From Candidatus Nealsonbacteria bacterium (GTDB lineage Bacteria; Patescibacteriota; Minisyncoccia; Minisyncoccales; JANBVM01): a stretch of DNA of 64,000 bases. Location: NCBI GenBank assembly GCA_047456315.1, contig CP179889.1, positions 128,776-192,775 on the forward strand, written 5' to 3'. Made by a program: the position numbers and the translations under genes. Shown here piece by piece: positions 62,762 to 64,000 of the stretch. The notes under the pieces are model-generated. The model was given only the letters and a program-made list of their open reading frames with translations. It was not told the origin of the DNA and did not search any database. Position 1 is the first letter of the stretch; every line of letters starts with the position of its first letter.

Positions 62762-63235
62762 TTATGGGCACTGAATTCTCCACCAACCTTCTTCTACTTC
62801 TTCGGTTGCTGGGTCATCCGTAAGGCCAGTCCATTCAGCAACACCAATGCTGGCTAAGAAACTATTTAAGAATACCCAGGCAACAAATATTATTACAATA
62901 CCTATAACCACCGCAGTAATAATACCTTTAGCTTGCTCAACTTTTGCTGGAGACTGGCCAGCGCCTAGAAAAGTAAATCCGCCCCAGACCAACATCGCAG
63001 CTCCTATAATAGGAGTTAAACAGGTTAAAACAAACATAAGGAGATTGTTGATAAGAACAAAAATATGACAAAATTCACAATTCGACTGCGGTGTTAAGCA
63101 TATTGTTTTGTCATTGGGATCAAATTCTGCGCAACCACCACAAGGAACTATTGGACCTTCACAAATTGCAAAAATCTTATTTGGAACCAATAAAACTAAG
63201 AGTAATAAAATTATGAAAAACTTTTTATTCATCAA
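62762..63235 (-). CDS. T4SS pilin-like protein with Cys-rich N-terminal region
   Basis: 157 aa with a signal peptide, 'IVPCGGCAEF...NCEFCHIFVLINNLLMFVL' and TM-loop-TM 'MLVWGGFTFLGAGQSPAKVEQAKGIITAVVIGIVIIFVA'. Confidence 0.6.
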   Translation of the reverse strand: MMNKKFFIILLLLVLLVPNKIFAICEGPIVPCGGCAEFDPNDKTICLTPQSNCEFCHIFVLINNLLMFVLTCLTPIIGAAMLVWGGFTFLGAGQSPAKVEQAKGIITAVVIGIVIIFVAWVFLNSFLASIGVAEWTGLTDDPATEEVEEGWWRIQCP

Positions 63236-63288
63236 TTTTTATTATAATCTTTAAATGAAAACCTATCAACTAGCCACGTTTAATATGG

Positions 63289-63360
63289 GTACCCCCGGAA
63301 GGACTTGAACCCTCATCCCTGGTTCCGAAGACCAGTACTTTTTCCATTAAGCTACGGGGG
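63289..63360 (-). tRNA. tRNA-Arg (anticodon TCG)
   Basis: Acceptor ACCCCCG/CGGGGGT, anticodon arm CTGGT-CTTCGGA-ACCAG, T-loop TTCAAGT. Confidence 0.85.
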
Positions 63361-63365
63361 TAAAT

Positions 63366-64000
63366 TTATTTTTTACTTAAAATTTCTAAAATGCCCTGTT
63401 GCCATCCCATTATCCTTCTAAATAAATTAACATCACCTATATCGATTCTGCACACTCCTTTGTAATCTGAATTTTTTTTAATTTTATAAAAGGTTGGTTT
63501 ATAAGTAGTTTTTCCAAATCTTTCTACGGGAATTTTTGTAATTTTTGACCAAAATTTTTCACAATTTTCATTTCTATAAATTTTATGTATATAAATATGA
63601 ATTTTGAATTTTACCTCAGGAACTTTACAAATCTCTCTAAACCATTCCATCATTATCTTAATTAATCGAGGATCAGAGTTGGAAAACTGAACATATTCAT
63701 GAGCTTTACTTCCTTCTGCCCAATAAAGAGCAGTTCCTATTAAGAAAAGGGGGTTTTTAAAAAATAAAGATGATTCTTTTCTTGCGTTTTCAGTGATAAT
63801 TTTTATTTGCAAAATACGTTTCTTTCTTCTAGTCCAAGCGGACTTCATACGTGCGTTACAAGTAATTGTTTCGATATTTCTTTTAAGTTTTTCTTCTTGT
63901 TCTTGCGTTAGTCTAACATTTCTCAACCATCCAGACAAGGTACTTTTTGAAAGATTAGGGATTATGTTTATTATTTCCCTATAACTTTTACCTTGAATCC
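63366..64000 (-). CDS. HTH + LAGLIDADG-like endonuclease-related protein (5' end outside window)
   Basis: The frame stays open to nt 64000; the track start at TTG 63938 is internal. It has an N-terminal HTH '..GKSYREIINIIPNLSKSTLSGWLRNV' and a core 'FLIGTALYWAEGSK...VQFSNSDPRLIKIMMEWF' that resembles a single LAGLIDADG module. The stop lies 5 nt before tRNA-Arg. Confidence 0.5.
   Translation of the reverse strand, partial: IQGKSYREIINIIPNLSKSTLSGWLRNVRLTQEQEEKLKRNIETITCNARMKSAWTRRKKRILQIKIITENARKESSLFFKNPLFLIGTALYWAEGSKAHEYVQFSNSDPRLIKIMMEWFREICKVPEVKFKIHIYIHKIYRNENCEKFWSKITKIPVERFGKTTYKPTFYKIKKNSDYKGVCRIDIGDVNLFRRIMGWQQGILEILSKK

Noticed and set aside
1-64000. Alternative genetic code (UGA recoded, as in some candidate phyla).
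   Set aside because: Conserved genes are full-length under the standard code. TGA terminates infB (56767-56769), rbfA (57113-57115) and a pilin gene (28503-28505) at the expected protein ends.
1-64000. A diversity-generating retroelement or retron acting on the variable pilin-like or repeat proteins.
   Set aside because: No reverse-transcriptase-like ORF is present, and I could find no template/variable repeat pair in this window.

Overview
This is an AT-rich, gene-dense chromosomal segment next to the replication origin. Almost every gene is a recognisable housekeeping gene, but many are in short forms: a 236-aa YidC, a 496-aa IF-2, a 702-aa ValRS and a four-domain S1. Standard genetic code applies, because TGA is used as a stop (for example infB and rbfA). 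By inference only, the gene content fits a reduced-genome bacterium of the CPR/Patescibacteria type.

Contents, in order:
- A partial PBP, then dnaN-dnaA facing rpmH-rnpA-yidC-jag.
- A chromosomal, minimal type IV secretion (T4SS)-like locus (about 5.8-16.1 kb). It has a VirB4-like ATPase, a PrgI/VirB3-like protein, a large VirB6-like membrane protein, a VirB2/TrbC-like pilin, and a 573-aa secreted repeat protein ending in the same pilin-like domain.
- rsmA, a LysM-M23 peptidase, a DksA/TraR zinc finger, a membrane-anchored GH3, pnp, an NYN-domain protein and rpsO.
- A type IV pilus operon (pilB, pilC, three prepilin-like genes, PilX-like, pilM, pilN, pilO) with an adjacent histidine kinase and receiver.
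- rny, valS and tsaD.
- tRNA-Glu followed by a GT2, PrsW and Hsp20.
- Two more pilin-like genes and a methyltransferase.
- gyrA carrying a 541-aa HNH-type intein, then rluA-family, ftsH, rpsA, an MBL hydrolase, rplS, DUF4446, infB and rbfA.
- A free-standing LAGLIDADG endonuclease ORF that runs into tRNA-Cys.
- A 3D-domain protein and htrA.
- A small accessory region (60.2-64.0 kb) with NUDIX, a MazG-like gene, HTH/endonuclease-like genes, another pilin-like gene and interspersed tRNAs.

I folded 19 tRNA genes by hand. I saw no rRNA, no CRISPR array, no transposase and no reverse transcriptase.

Most interesting observations:
- The T4SS-like locus and its dispersed five-member pilin-domain family, including a pilin-anchored multi-repeat ectodomain protein.
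- The gyrA intein, which has an HNH motif plus about 14 tandem W-x-[DN]-P-E-Y-R repeats and sits at a non-classical site.
- Two CDS start codons placed exactly 1 nt after a tRNA 3' end, with an identical junction.
- Endonuclease-like genes abutting or overlapping tRNA genes.
- A tRNA-Ile with a UAU anticodon.
- tRNA-His 3'-end-like repeats bounding small accessory cassettes.

All family assignments come from motif reading by eye. No database search was possible.
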